Origin: Paragordius varius
Lineage: Eukaryota; Animalia; Nematomorpha
Length of the DNA: 64,000 bases
NCBI GenBank assembly: GCA_964247055.1
Contig: OZ176054.1
Coordinates: 5,952,001 to 6,016,000, forward strand
Direction: 5' to 3'
Shown: positions 37,604 to 49,497 of the stretch, piece after piece
Position numbering within the stretch: position 1 is the first letter of the stretch
How the letters are laid out: every line of letters begins with the position of its first letter
Made by a program: the position numbers and the translations under genes
Notes under the pieces: generated by a model
Databases searched by the model: none
Told to the model about the DNA's origin: nothing
Seen by the model: only the letters and a program-made list of their open reading frames with translations

Positions 37604-40600
37604 ATGTGCAGTTTACAAAGATTTGTACACATTGATACAAGCATATGTGATATATGTTAAAATCCTTAGATACCATCAAAGCCTCATGGCAAATATTTGG
37701 TAGTCTATGCGTTCAAAGACCTCCCATTATATCGGAACCCAAAAATATTATAGAGCTAAAATATGAAAAATTATGTGATAAAATTGAATTGGCACATAGT
37801 TTAAAGTCTGACTTTGAATTAAAAAGGGAGGCTGAATTGTAAGTATATCTTATATTTTAGAAAACTAAAAAAATCAGAAGTGGTTCATGATAAAAAAGAT
37901 GATCTTATGACAACTTTAGAACTTGAAGATATGTATAATGATGAATTAAACAAATTTCATACCAATTCAGCGCTACCAATAAAATATTCTATTAATAGTC
38001 ACCCAAGTCAAAAAGTTTTTTTATTTTTACCCCAGCAATTGGGTCAAAATCTACATTTAATATTTCCACTTAAATTATGGTCATTAAATGAAACTTTAGT
38101 TCAGGTTATAAATTTTGATATATGTTTAAGCCACATGGCTCTCTCTGATAATTAAATATTTATTTTTATCCATGTTATCTATTTTAAATATGGGATTTCA
38201 GTGCGATTACAAGTTTTGCATATGATAATTTTTATTAATACCAAATCATAAAGGGCTATAACTAAACTTTGTTTAAATATAAGGTAATCTATATATTTAT
38301 AAAAATGGAAAGTGGTGGCTTTGTGATCTGTTTCCTGAAAACCGGTAGACTTATTCAAATCCAATGTCGAAAAAATATAATCATTAATGGATGCCCCGAC
38401 AATAGCTTCGCGCATTTTTGAATTAGGTCCCCAGTTCGGGCCCACCCCGTGTAAAATACAGGTTTTTTTTGAAAAGACAAGTCCATAAAAATCATTACTT
38501 TGAGACAATTTTCCGGAAAACCTGTTGGACCATTCGATTCAAATATGTTTTAACTTATTTTCGATTGCGCCGAACATGGTCAGCTCGCTTTTTTAATTTA
38601 GGCTCTCTTTTTACCCACTCCCCCATAAAATACTATTTTTTTCAAAAAAACAAAGTCCACAAAAATAATTTTTTGAATCTATTTTTCGCCCAAGTATAAG
38701 ACCGTAAAAATCATTAAGTATTCCAGGTATTCCCTGTTAAAAGTCAAAAATTTTAGTCAGCGTTTCTTTGATGATAGCTGCTGGGTAAGGAGATACCCTC
38801 TAAAAACTGACCCGTCATATCGAAATGGCCTGCCTTTGGAGCTAAATTTCAGAAAATCTATCATGTCATACGAGTTCAATAGCTGCTTAAAGTATTACCC
38901 GTAATAAGGTGAAAATTTAGATCGTGCGGTTTTTTAAAATTAGTCGTTTATTAGGCCCTTCACGCCCTGAAAAAGGCGCCACCATAGAATCATTTTTTAA
39001 TTTTGAGGCAATTTTTCCAAAAACTTATAAGAGTATATGGAATCAATCATGATTTCAGGTATTCTCCGTAAAATGACAAAAATTTTAATCAAACGCTTTT
39101 TTGTATCAGCCTTTGGCTAGGGAGCTACCCGCCAAAAACTGCGCCACTATATAGAAATTACGTTGTTTTGAAAGAAAACCTATCAGACCATATGAGTTCA
39201 ATAGGTGCTTAAAATTACCCGTAAAAAGGCAAAAATTTAAGTCGAGCGGATTTTTTAAATTAGCGGTTAAATAGGCTCTGGGTAGGGGGCTACCCGCGTA
39301 AAAATGGGTCACCATATCGATACAGCATGTCTTTGGAGCCAAATTTCAGTAAACTTATAGACTATGTGAGTTTAATAAGGGTCTAAAATCTTTATTACCC
39401 CTAAGAAACAAGATTTTAACATAGGAAGTTATTTCAATGAGTCGCTAAAAAAAGTTTTACGCCCTGAAAAATTCGCCGCCATAGAACATTTTTTTAGTTT
39501 TGAAGCAATATTTCCAAGAACTTATAGGAACATATGGACATTATATTTCCAAATATTTTCCATATAAGGACAAAAATTTTGCCCGACGCTTTTTTATACC
39601 TGCCTCTAGGTAAGAAGCTACCCGCCAAAAACTACGCCACTATAATTGCGTTGTTTTTGAACTAATTCTAAGAAAACATATGGCATATGAGCTCATATAA
39701 AGTTTGAAGTATTATTAGTAACTAGATAAAAATTAAGGTCAGGCCTTTTTTTAGCCGTTGATTGCCCTAAAAATACGCCATTATAAAACGGTTTAGTGTT
39801 GAGGTATTTTTTCGAAAAACCCATGAGGCGATAGTCTCAAAGATGATTCCAAATATTTTCCCTATAAAGGCAAAAAATTTAACCTAGCGCTTTTTCCATA
39901 TAGGCCTATGGGTAGGGGTCTACCGATTTAAAACTGAGACACCATACAAAATGGCATGGCTTTGGAGCTAATTTTCAAAAAACTTAAGAAGCCCTACGAG
40001 TTCAATATAGGCTTTAAATATTACACATAAAAAGATAAAAATTTAGTATAGCGGCTTTTTCCGTTTAGCCGTCAATTTGCGGCCTTTACACCAGTAAACA
40101 ATATATTAATATGAATGCAGTTTTGAAACTTCTATGAAGCACCTTTTCAAAAATCCTATGAGATCATAGCTATTAAATAATGTTTCGAAATATCCACATA
40201 TATGGATCATTTTATTAATCCCTTTTCAAATAGCCCCCCCCCCCCCCCTCAGAAGTCCGAACTTCCTCGGGCTGCCTAGCAGCACGAGATTTACGCTAAG
40301 TTTAAATAAAAAGATATACTTAATTTACCTCAACCTCGCCGAATACTGAAATCGAAAATGCCTATTTTTGTAGAGCAATCTCTCACCCTAGTTATGTCAC
40401 AATATATTAGTATATTGAATAATTTAAGCTGGTCACATTTAAATGTACGAAAACTTTTATTTTTAAAGACTGCAGAAAAGGCATTTCAGAATCATTGTAA
40501 ATCTGGAACCAAACTAAAACCTATTATTGTTTCTAATGCTCCAGTTGGCGTCTACAAATATAAATACCCAGTGCCTGTCCAAAGGATAACCAAACATATT

Positions 40601-40870
40601 GGAGCCAAAGTAATTGTTACTATTATAAATAATAAAGTGTATAATTTAATAAAATATAGTTCTGGATTTTAAATTATTTATATTAAATATGAAATATTTT
40701 TATTTCTATAGATGTTTTTCTTTATGGCATACATTAACTCCAAAGACTTTAATTTCTTTGAAAAAGAATCCCATTCCGATCTCTATAAGTGGTTAAACAA
40801 GGAAGAAATGAAAGCACAACTGAAAAAGACATATTATAATGCAATAGAGCCATTTATATTGGCCAAATAA
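37604..40870 (+). CDS. MRPL46: Mitochondrial large-subunit ribosomal protein mL46
   Basis: Exons 37670-37838, 37861-38104, 40469-40609 and 40712-40870, all GT-AG with consistent phases. Start is either ATG 37654 or ATG 37604 via a 23-nt intron (37647-37669). Peptides SWQIFGSLCVQRPPIIS, SLKSDFEL, LELEDMY, WSLNETLVQTAEK, SNAPVGVYKYKYP, GAKMFFFMA and KWLNKEEM follow recalled human MRPL46 in order. Confidence 0.92.
38288..40300 (+). mobile_element. Non-autonomous Helitron (about 2.0 kb) of the same family, in an MRPL46 intron
   Basis: A|TCTATATATTTATAAAAATGG at 38288; poly-C, CTCGGGCTGCCTAGCAGCACGAG hairpin and CTAAG|T at 40296-40301. 38300-38800 is the reverse complement of 5670-6170. The interior has degenerate internal repeats (e.g. 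gagttcaatag..ttaaa.tattacccgta). Confidence 0.88.
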
Positions 40871-40901
40871 ATGTTTTAAATATATATTTTGTTATTAATA
40901 A

Positions 40902-42010
40902 AATAATTAAGCCTTTTGTTTTGAGGGATATGTGCTTTTGTTTTAGTATGTATTTTAGCTATGATATTTTCCCCAGGTACGATTTATTATTGCATTGATT
41001 GCGCTATTGTTTGATAAGTCTGATGTTATTTTATCGCGAAGATAGGTAAACTCGGTTACCACTTCAAAGCTTGAGTTATTAAGGGTTATGTGCTTAATTG
41101 GTGGGGGCGTTCAATGCTGCACGCATGATTCACGTTTGAAAATTATCTGTTCGGATAGTTTGCCGGTAATGTTTGTATATTTTTTGTGACACCTTTTTTA
41201 CCTGCAGAGCAGAGAATAGAATCAAATATATTTAATCCGCAAACTCCGCATAAGTATTTAATTTCGTTGTGGGCGCCCGTTATCAGAATTTTACTTTTAT
41301 TTTCATTTATTCTGAATCCATATTTGGTTAGCTGTTGTTGCCATTGTATAAACATTTTTTCTAAGTCTGAAATCGAGGTTGCGGTAAGCACTATGTCATC
41401 TGCATATATACTTTCATATGGCAGATTTAACCGAATATCGCGAGTAACAGCGTCTAATGTAATAAACAGCAAGGGGCTTAAGGCTAATCCCTGAGGAGTC
41501 CTACTTTAATTTCAAAGGAATCGGAATCTCCCATATGCATTCTGACAAATGTTTTAGAATTTTGATAGAGAAGCATAATAACTTGAAATTATTTATAAAA
41601 TGGGCATCAGACTTTGGCATATGCCACAGAAACCATAACTCAGAAAAAACGTTTCATCAGCGCGGAAAATCGCATACTACGCCTGATGTCAACGCAACTA
41701 AATCTCCAAGATATTAGCAATCACATACAAATGGAGCCAAAAGACAAATTCCTCCAATTCAAAAGAATGAGGTACTACGGTCACTTTGACCGTATGAATC
41801 CTGACATCCGATCAGGACCTCATTCGACATCATTCCACCCGGTAACAATAAGCCCGGTCGTCCACGTTTAACCTGGGCTAAAAAGATTGATCTGGATTTC
41901 CAACAACTCAAACTGCTAAAAACAGATTGTATTGATAAAGAACTATTTCACAAAAAGTTGGATTGCTTACGATGGTGCACCATCAAAGCTTACTGTTAAA
42001 CAACAACAAC
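40902..42010. mobile_element. RTE-X-like LINE relic with an inverted 5' segment (minus, 40902 to about 41590) and a sense 3' segment (plus, about 41588-42010)
   Basis: Minus strand: LYQNSKTFVR, VGL.QGLALSPLLFITLD, YADDIVL, INENKSK, LCGVC..CS, FTYLRDKI, KTKGL. Plus strand: IYKMGIR.TLAYATET, RMRYYGHFDRM, then a (CAA)n tail. Candidate TSD ATTAATAA at 40894-40901 and 42011-42018. Confidence 0.82.
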
Positions 42011-42599
42011 ATTAATAATTAAATGTATAATATAATAATAATGTCCCACTAATCAATCCTATATTAACAATTCAATATAAAGTTATTCATCTAGTCAACA
42101 TTGGATTTAATTTTATTAACCAAAAAATCGTTGTATCCAAATGAGCGTTTAAATTTTTTGAATAAGTATTATTGGTGATATAGATATATATCTTAATTTA
42201 ATCCATGGAATCCCAGTATCTGGACCATGCGTTTCGAGGTATGAGGGATTTAAAATCTTGTTCTTTGATTTGAGTCCAACTTGTTTTAGGACTCCCTTTT
42301 TGGTTGGGGGCAGGGATATGTAAATCAAGAATATTTTTAGCAGATGAGTCTATACTAGATCTGTCTATGCCAAAGTAACGAAGTCTATTTGTTTAAAATT
42401 ATGGGTTAAAGTTCATTTAGGTAGCATTTCATCGTACGTTTTATCATTCTGTCTTCTATTTTTAATTTTGATTCTTATGATTTTTTGATGGCCTAAGTTT
42501 TGCTAGCGTATGTAAGGGTAGGGCGGACACCCACTTTATACATATTAATTTTATTTTTTACGGTTATGTCTTTATGTGTTAATATATATCAACAGCTCC

Positions 42600-43121
42600 T
42601 CCATGCCAGATATTAAACGCCGCATAGCATTAGAGAAGTCAGCTTCGAACAAATGACTAAATTATTGAAAAGTAAAGATAATCACTATGATAAATAAATA
42701 AAATGCATGGTTTTTCCGGGAGCGACTTATGCTGCCGAAAGATGGACACTTAAACTGAATGATAAAAAAGGATTGCAGCATTTGAAATGTGGTTTTGTAG
42801 GAGAATCTTGAATATAAGATGGTCTGACAGGGTTAAGAATGAAACAATAAGAAAATTAATATTGGAGAGTCACTTAATGGGAGCTATAATAAAAAAAAAG
42901 TTTACATATTGGGCACATTTATAAGTACATCCCTTGAGAAGGATTTGATTTTTGGAAAAGTTGAAGGGAAAAGGAAAAAAGGAAGACCGATATGACTGAA
43001 CACTGTAAAGAAGGAATCTGGTAAAGAAATATCATGGGAAAGAGATAAGTGGAGGAAACTAGTCATTTTAATTTCCAAAGGGTTGAACTCGAATTATGGA
43101 ATTACCTACCTACCTACCTAC
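42600..43121 (+). mobile_element. 5'-truncated degenerate RTE (BovB-like) 3' fragment with a (CCTA)4 tail
   Basis: PDIKRRIAL, AFEMWFCRRIL, LEKDLIFGKVEGKRKKGRP parallel the C-terminus of the intact RTE ORF. The tail at 43103-43121 differs from the (CCAA)n tail, so this is a different subfamily. Confidence 0.85.
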
Positions 43122-43779
43122 ACATTTGTTGTTTAATTAACCCAGCCCAGTTTTATTCTATGTGAGATGGTTGTTTGGTATTATTATTATTACTGATACT
43201 CCTAGATAAGTGAAATTGTTCACAATTTCGAACCTAAATCTATTATAATATCCGGTGATTTAGATATGTTTGATTTCCCCAATATGCAGCTTTGGCATTT
43301 AAAATTTTTGTCATTTAATTTTCCTTTCAGGCTAGTGCATTTTTTGTAAACCCACATTTGACACGATTTACATATAATAACATTAGTTTTAACTTTGATA
43401 TTGCAGATAGATGTACCTTTGATAGTTATGCTTCCATCACTTGAATCATTATTCTGTTTTTTTTTACATTTATTTTAAGGCCATGTTCAAAACGTGAATG
43501 CTATTTGAGATATGAGTTTTTTAATTCGTGTGCTGTCTTTGGAGGCGTACAGAATGTTTCATAGTGGAATAGTTGAAATGTCTGTGTTTATAATCAATTA
43601 TTTTTATGAAAAGTAGTGGGCTTATTGTTGAGCCCTGATGGATGCCTATATTAATGTGAAAATTTGTGTTTCCGACTGGTGTTTTAACGCAACTTTAGGA
43701 ATTCTCGTACAGAAGTATAATCAATTTTATTATATATTCTTCGATGGTACCTTAATGACTCAATCATGAGATGTCTGGG

Positions 43780-46597
43780 TGTGTATGCAAATTTTAAACA
43801 TATATTTTTCATGTATGCTATAGTTTTTTGTGAGATTGGCAATCCATTAGTTACTCGAAATTTTATTTGTTTTATTTGATATCATGCAAATTATGTTCAC
43901 TTAAAAATAGTATATAAAGAGTACAAAAAAACCGAATGAATATCTTTCAAGTTTTACGTCTTATACTTTTGTTACCTTTTACATTTGGTGTCCAAGCGAT
44001 TTCCGAACTAAGCTAGTGCTAGTGGAGGTCTCACCTAAATCCGAACGAACATGACAACTCCAATTGCCGATCTCGCTAACTTATGCATCAAGAAATACAA
44101 TGATAATATCAAGTTTGAGGAATACGTAGATTATATGACAACTTTTATGGAGGCGAAAGATATCCCTGTAACAGAACAAGCTCTCAAAACTTTGCTTCCC
44201 TATGGTGGTCTATTGGTTGTGCGCAAAATAAATTAACGACTGTATCCCAAAAAAATAAAAGATGCATCATGGAGCGAGAGAATGTCAACAGGCCCAAAAG
44301 TATTTAACTCCACAAAATCGAAATTTCAAAGCAGATTTGAATTTTTTCGACTAGTGAGGAGCAACGCTGAATCTTTCACCCAATTTATTTAAGATCGCAG
44401 CCGAAGAGGCCAAATTCAATGATTCGATTGAGGAACGTATTCGGGATGCTTTCGTCATTGGTTTACGGCAACCGCTGAAATCGATATACATTCAAGGTAT
44501 ACCGATGCCGAGATCAACGGACAACCCGTGCCTCTAGAAACGATAGTGGGCACTAGCACACGAGGCTGCTAGGGCTGGCATTCACAATAATGATAATGCC
44601 AATTATAACAATGGTAATAATTTAAATCGATTACAACACACCAATAATAATAATAAGGCCATGCGTTCACGACAGCCAACAGCAAAACCCCGAACACATT
44701 CGTGCAATCGTTCTGGAAGTAGCCATTGACCAAACAAATGTGCTGCCTGGAACCCCAATTTTAATAAATGTGGAAAACCTAACCACTTCCCTAAAATGTG
44801 TAGATCAAAAAACGCTGCCAAGGATTTGTTCAACCGCCAGATCCATAGAAAAACAATGCCAACCTCACCATGGACTGTAAGAATAATGATAAACAACACA
44901 CAACAAATATTTATCTATGACACTGGAGCCGACATCAGTGTAATCATCTTTGGGACCTGGAAACAAGTTGGCAAGCCAAATATTAGACTAATACCGCCAG
45001 TAAAAGCCTATAATAATAGTATACTGCCTCTTTTGGGCGTAACAACAGTCACAGTGCAAATCAATGGGCAAAACTTGGGGGACGCAGAATGTTGTGTATT
45101 GAAAAAAAAATGTAAAAGGTGACAAAAGTATAAGTCCTAAAACTTGAAAGATATTTATTCGATTTTTTTGTACTCTATACTATTTTTAAGTGAACATAAT
45201 TTGCATGATATCAAATAAAACAAATAAAATTTCGATAACTAATGGATATGTTATTTACATAATACAAAAATATAAAAATAAGACAATGCAATTCTCATAA
45301 AAAACTATAGCATACATACAAAATATATATTTAAAATTTGCATATGTAGCATCACTACACCCTTTGGAGAACCGGTGTTAGGTAAACAAGCCATATCTTT
45401 GTGAAAACCGCACTTACCGATGGAATCCAAATGGCGCCTACACATTGATATAGCTGGACCAGATGGGGTATTTTCGGTTGTTGTTAATTGATAGCGCATC
45501 AAAATGGTCAGAAGGTTTATGTTAAAAAGGGTTACTTTGGTAAAAATATTGCACAAACTCGAGGAAACGCCAGTTTTCAGTTTCCGACGACGGTAGTAAG
45601 TGATAACGCTTCTTACTTCAATAATTCGCACTTTACATCAACCCTGACAAGCTTGGGAATAAGCACGTGAGGGTAACCCCCTATCATCCTATAATGGGAT
45701 GGTAGAAAGGTTAGTGGGGACCCTAAAGGGCAAGTATAAAAAATCAAAAATTATAATATTACACCGCAGGAAACTTTTAATACTACTTTATGGTCTTAGC
45801 GTAACTCAATTCACGCTACCACAAAAGAAACCCCCTTCCAACTACTCTTTAAACGAGTCTCCCAAACACCCCTGACCTGGATTAACACAAAAACAACAGC
45901 CTTAGACGCACCCCGTCCGCGTCGTGAGTTTTGCATAGACCAACGCATAATGATGAAAAACGAACAAAGTCCTGGATGGCGAGCCGGCAAGGTTGTGAAC
46001 TAGTCTCCTTTCGTACAGTGTGTGGGATCAGGTAAAGCAAAAGATTGTCAGAAAGCACGTGGACCAGTTGAAACGCGTAGACCCACCCGCCAACTCAACT
46101 ACACCGGTTACTCAAAAAAAACAATAGTAATGATAGTAATAACGACAATAAGAGTAATAATAATGGTAACAATATCGATAATAATAATAATAGTAATGAC
46201 AATAATAATGATAAAATAAATGATAATAATAATAATGAAAATAGTAATGATAACATTAATAGCAATAATGACAATATCAATGAAAATCCGCACGAGCGTC
46301 GTTAACCCGAGAGAATTCGGCGGAAGCCGGTCCGGTTCTCCTAAGACTGTAGTGATGTTACATATGCAAAAAATATATATTTTGTGTGTATGCTATAGCT
46401 TTTTGTGAGATTTGCATTGTCTTATTTTTATATTTTTGTATTATGTAAATAACATATCCATTAGTTACTCAAAATTTTATTTGTTTTATTTGATATCATG
46501 CAAATTATGTTCACTTGAAAATAGTATATAAAGAGTACAAAAAAACCGAATAAATATCTTTTAAGTTTAACGACTTATACTTTTGTTACCTTTTACA
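43780..46597 (+). mobile_element. Degenerate Ty3/Gypsy LTR retrotransposon lacking RT/RNase H
   Basis: LTRs 43780-43983 (with deletions) and 46348-46597 (TGT...ACA); 5-bp TSD CTGGG at 43775-43779 and 46598-46602; PBS-like TTTGGTGTCC at 43984. Contains a gag zinc-knuckle remnant (CGKPNHFPKMC), protease DTGADISVI, and integrase LHIDIAGP, DSASKW, VVSDNAS and NGMVER. Confidence 0.92.
45111..45359 (-). mobile_element. Inverted third LTR of the same Gypsy family inside pol
   Basis: 249 bp whose reverse complement aligns end to end with 46348-46597 (TGTAGTGATG...CTTTTACA). The next ~15 nt match the sequence preceding the 3' LTR (CCGGTTCTCC.AAG). Confidence 0.92.
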
Positions 46598-47390
46598 CTG
46601 GGTATTGTGTCAAAAGCTCTCTCCAGATCTACAAAGATATGGAACAGCTTTTGACCTTTTGCTAGATATTTTCTTTCAGTCGATTTAATATGAATATGAG
46701 TTCTGAGGTGCTTTTACTTTCTTGAAAGGCGAATTGATTATTGATTGTTGCATTTTTAATATATTTTTAATGACGGTTTCAAAATCGTTCATACCGTGTT
46801 ACAATAGTTTTAATGTGCGATAATTAGAACAATCTAGGGCATCTCCCTATTTTTATAGACAGGATAGATGTAGCTTTTGTCCCATTCAGTTGGGACTGTA
46901 TTGTTTTTATAAGTCAAATTAAACAGCCTACCAAAAATTGAGTTATCGGTGTGGCCTTTAAATCTACAGAGATCTCAGAGGGGCCGTGGCTTTGTTTTTA
47001 TATCTTTTAATAATATTGCTATTTCTTTTGGGGTGAATTCATGTATAAGTGTTATTTGGTTATAACCTTAAGTTAAATTATTATTATTTATTATATAATT
47101 TATATGACATTGTATGTACAAATGGTATTCTAAATGTAGTTGTCAAGTTTATAATCTTAAGTTAAATTATTATTTATATTTTTTATGACATTGTAATTAA
47201 TAAATCTAATTATTATTATATATATGGATAATTTATATGACATTGTATTTGATACAAATAATATTCTAATTTATTATTGTAGATCCTTGCTAAAATATAT
47301 AAATACGCCTGTACCAGCACAAGGCAATCAGTTAATAAATGAACTAAATTTGAGATAATAAATTATATGTTGTTTCTATTTTAAACACCT

Positions 47391-47894
47391 TTAATACTTC
47401 GATTTAAATTGGGATATCTAAATACCCCAGACTAAATTTGAGTTAGGATTTATAAAAATTTACTCGGGAAACGGTCCCAATTTAAATTTATGCTTCTATC
47501 CTAATAAAAATTATATAAATATGTCAAAATATCTAAATAAAATTTTGTTTTGAGAAAATAGTTCCATGTCGAACTCCTTCGACGCCATTTTTATTTTACA
47601 AACTTATTGCGAAATATCATGTTTATTTGTATTATTTTTCAATTTTACCATTGCACGCATGCCACGTTGACCAAATTTTTACCTTTCGGTTTAAGCTTAA
47701 AATAAGAAATATCAAGTATTTTTGAATAAAATTTTTTATATATTTCGGTTTATTAATGTTATATAAGTGCAAGATTTTGCCATTGTTTCGATTCCTTCCA
47801 TATTTTTTAAGAATTTAATTTTAAACAGGCCTGGGGTATTTACCTACCCCAATAATCGGAGGACTAAAATGAATGTGTTGTATCCAAGTGTTAA
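47391..47894 (+). mobile_element. Near-complete copy of the TTAA-flanked MITE
   Basis: TTAATACTTCGATTTAAATTGGG ... GTATCCAAGTGTTAA, with subterminal inverted ATCTAAATACCCCAG / CTGGGGTATTTA. Collinear with 36521-37102. Confidence 0.8.
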
Positions 47895-49004
47895 TAAGAC
47901 CTTGTGTGGCAGGATTTTCATGTGTAGTAATCGTAGATTCAAAGTTGAATGAGTTTTATAAAATTATTCCCATGTGTTTATTATTTCGCTAGGATTGATA
48001 AGAATATTATGTTGATCGCTTTCAACGAATATTTTTAATATCTTTTGGTTTTGATTATAGATTTTGATTATAATTCTTGATTTTTTCCAATATTGTCATA
48101 TTATTAATGTCCTTTCCAGTTCGCCCGCCATTTCCATGCTATTTTAAAAACCTTAATAGTTTTGTTTACCCGTTTTTTATTGTTTATATATGATTTGATC
48201 ATTAATATTTTTTGATGGCTTCCATTTTTTGTGAAGGTCGTTTTTTCTCACAAGGGTTGCACGCTTATATATACGTATTAGTGCTTCAGAAAACTTTGGA
48301 CAAGTGACAAATATTGATTATTTATTTCTTTATTCAAAAATGATTTTGTTTATGCTAAAAAAAGAAAAAATCCTAAATTCTAACCATATAATAACGCGGG
48401 GTTTCATCCAAAAACGCTATTTTTTCTGCCTTTTTTGCTCATATTGTCGCACAAAACATGTCGCCCTTGAATATTCTATAATTTATTTATTTTTTATATT
48501 AATAAAATCTATAATTTATTATTTTATATTTGTGTATAACAACACATTTTTTTAATTAAACACAATAAAATGATAGAAGCGATTTTACAGTATATGCATA
48601 TTATTTAATCTTAAAATTATTGGGAATGTGTCGCCGTCTTTATATATATAAATCATTTTATAAATAATTTATTGGTTTTGTTTTACACACGATCCAATGT
48701 AAAAAATTTATTTTTATATAAAAATATTACAAGGATAAAAACCAGAAATAATATATAAAAAACTCTGATGACATAAATATTTTTTAAAATACAATCAAAA
48801 TATTTTAGCTCATAGGTGCAAAAATTGGGTATCCAAAAAATCTTATATCTAACCAAAATCTCCAAAAATATAGTTATATATCATTAATTATCTTGTAAAA
48901 AAATATATCATAATTAATGATTCCCAGATATAATTCTACGTTGCATTTGTAAAACATAACGCTATATATAATTTGCAGATATAAAAAATGTTTTTTTATT
49001 TAAA

Positions 49005-49015
49005 ATATATATATA

Positions 49016-49058
<43 letters not shown>
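49005..49058. repeat. (TA)n microsatellite; others near 51110-51135, 51517-51536, 54087-54114, 54503-54526 and 57614-57643
   Basis: Read directly from the sequence. Confidence 0.95.
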
Positions 49059-49062
<4 letters not shown>

Positions 49063-49497
49063 AAAAAACAATAGTAAGAATTTTCAAATAATAAAAGATA
49101 ATAATTTTTTTAAACAACTTACACGTTTCTCTATTTATCATTAGCAGCCGCTAACAGTATACTATCCACAGTTTTTATATTATAATAAATAATATTGTTT
49201 TTTGTAGTTTTTATTTTTTATTTTTTTTAAATTTATCAATACGCACAAAGATATTTTTAATACATTTTAAATTTTGGAAAAGGCACAGATTGATAATTTG
49301 GAATATGTAATTATTACATATATGTATATAATCCAATCCTACTTATACACTACGGTTTATACGGTGTTGTGGAAATATGACTAAATATCATTAATAATTC
49401 ACGGAAGAAATAATTTTTGGATTTCTAATCCATAAATTAATTTTACCTTATAAAGTTTGTCATATTCAATTGCAAATCGTCATTTTGGAGCGTCAAA

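Larger units (their letters stand above)
42100..48260 (-). mobile_element. Older fragmented RTE-X-like LINE hosting three later insertions
   Basis: Minus-strand pieces lie in correct order: WDKSYIYPVYK.GDALDCSNYR and IFVDLERAFDTIP (46600-47040); LYENS and GIHQGSTISPLLF (43140-43775); AWRSC, YKVGVRPTLTYA and RLRYFG (42100-42607). 47895-48260 looks like the EN-RT linker (less certain). Many stops and frameshifts. Confidence 0.75.

Noticed and set aside
46022-46408. Ile/Leu/Met-rich ORFs that look like membrane proteins
   Set aside because: Alternative frames of an AAT/GAT trinucleotide-rich tract at the 3' end of the Gypsy integrase.
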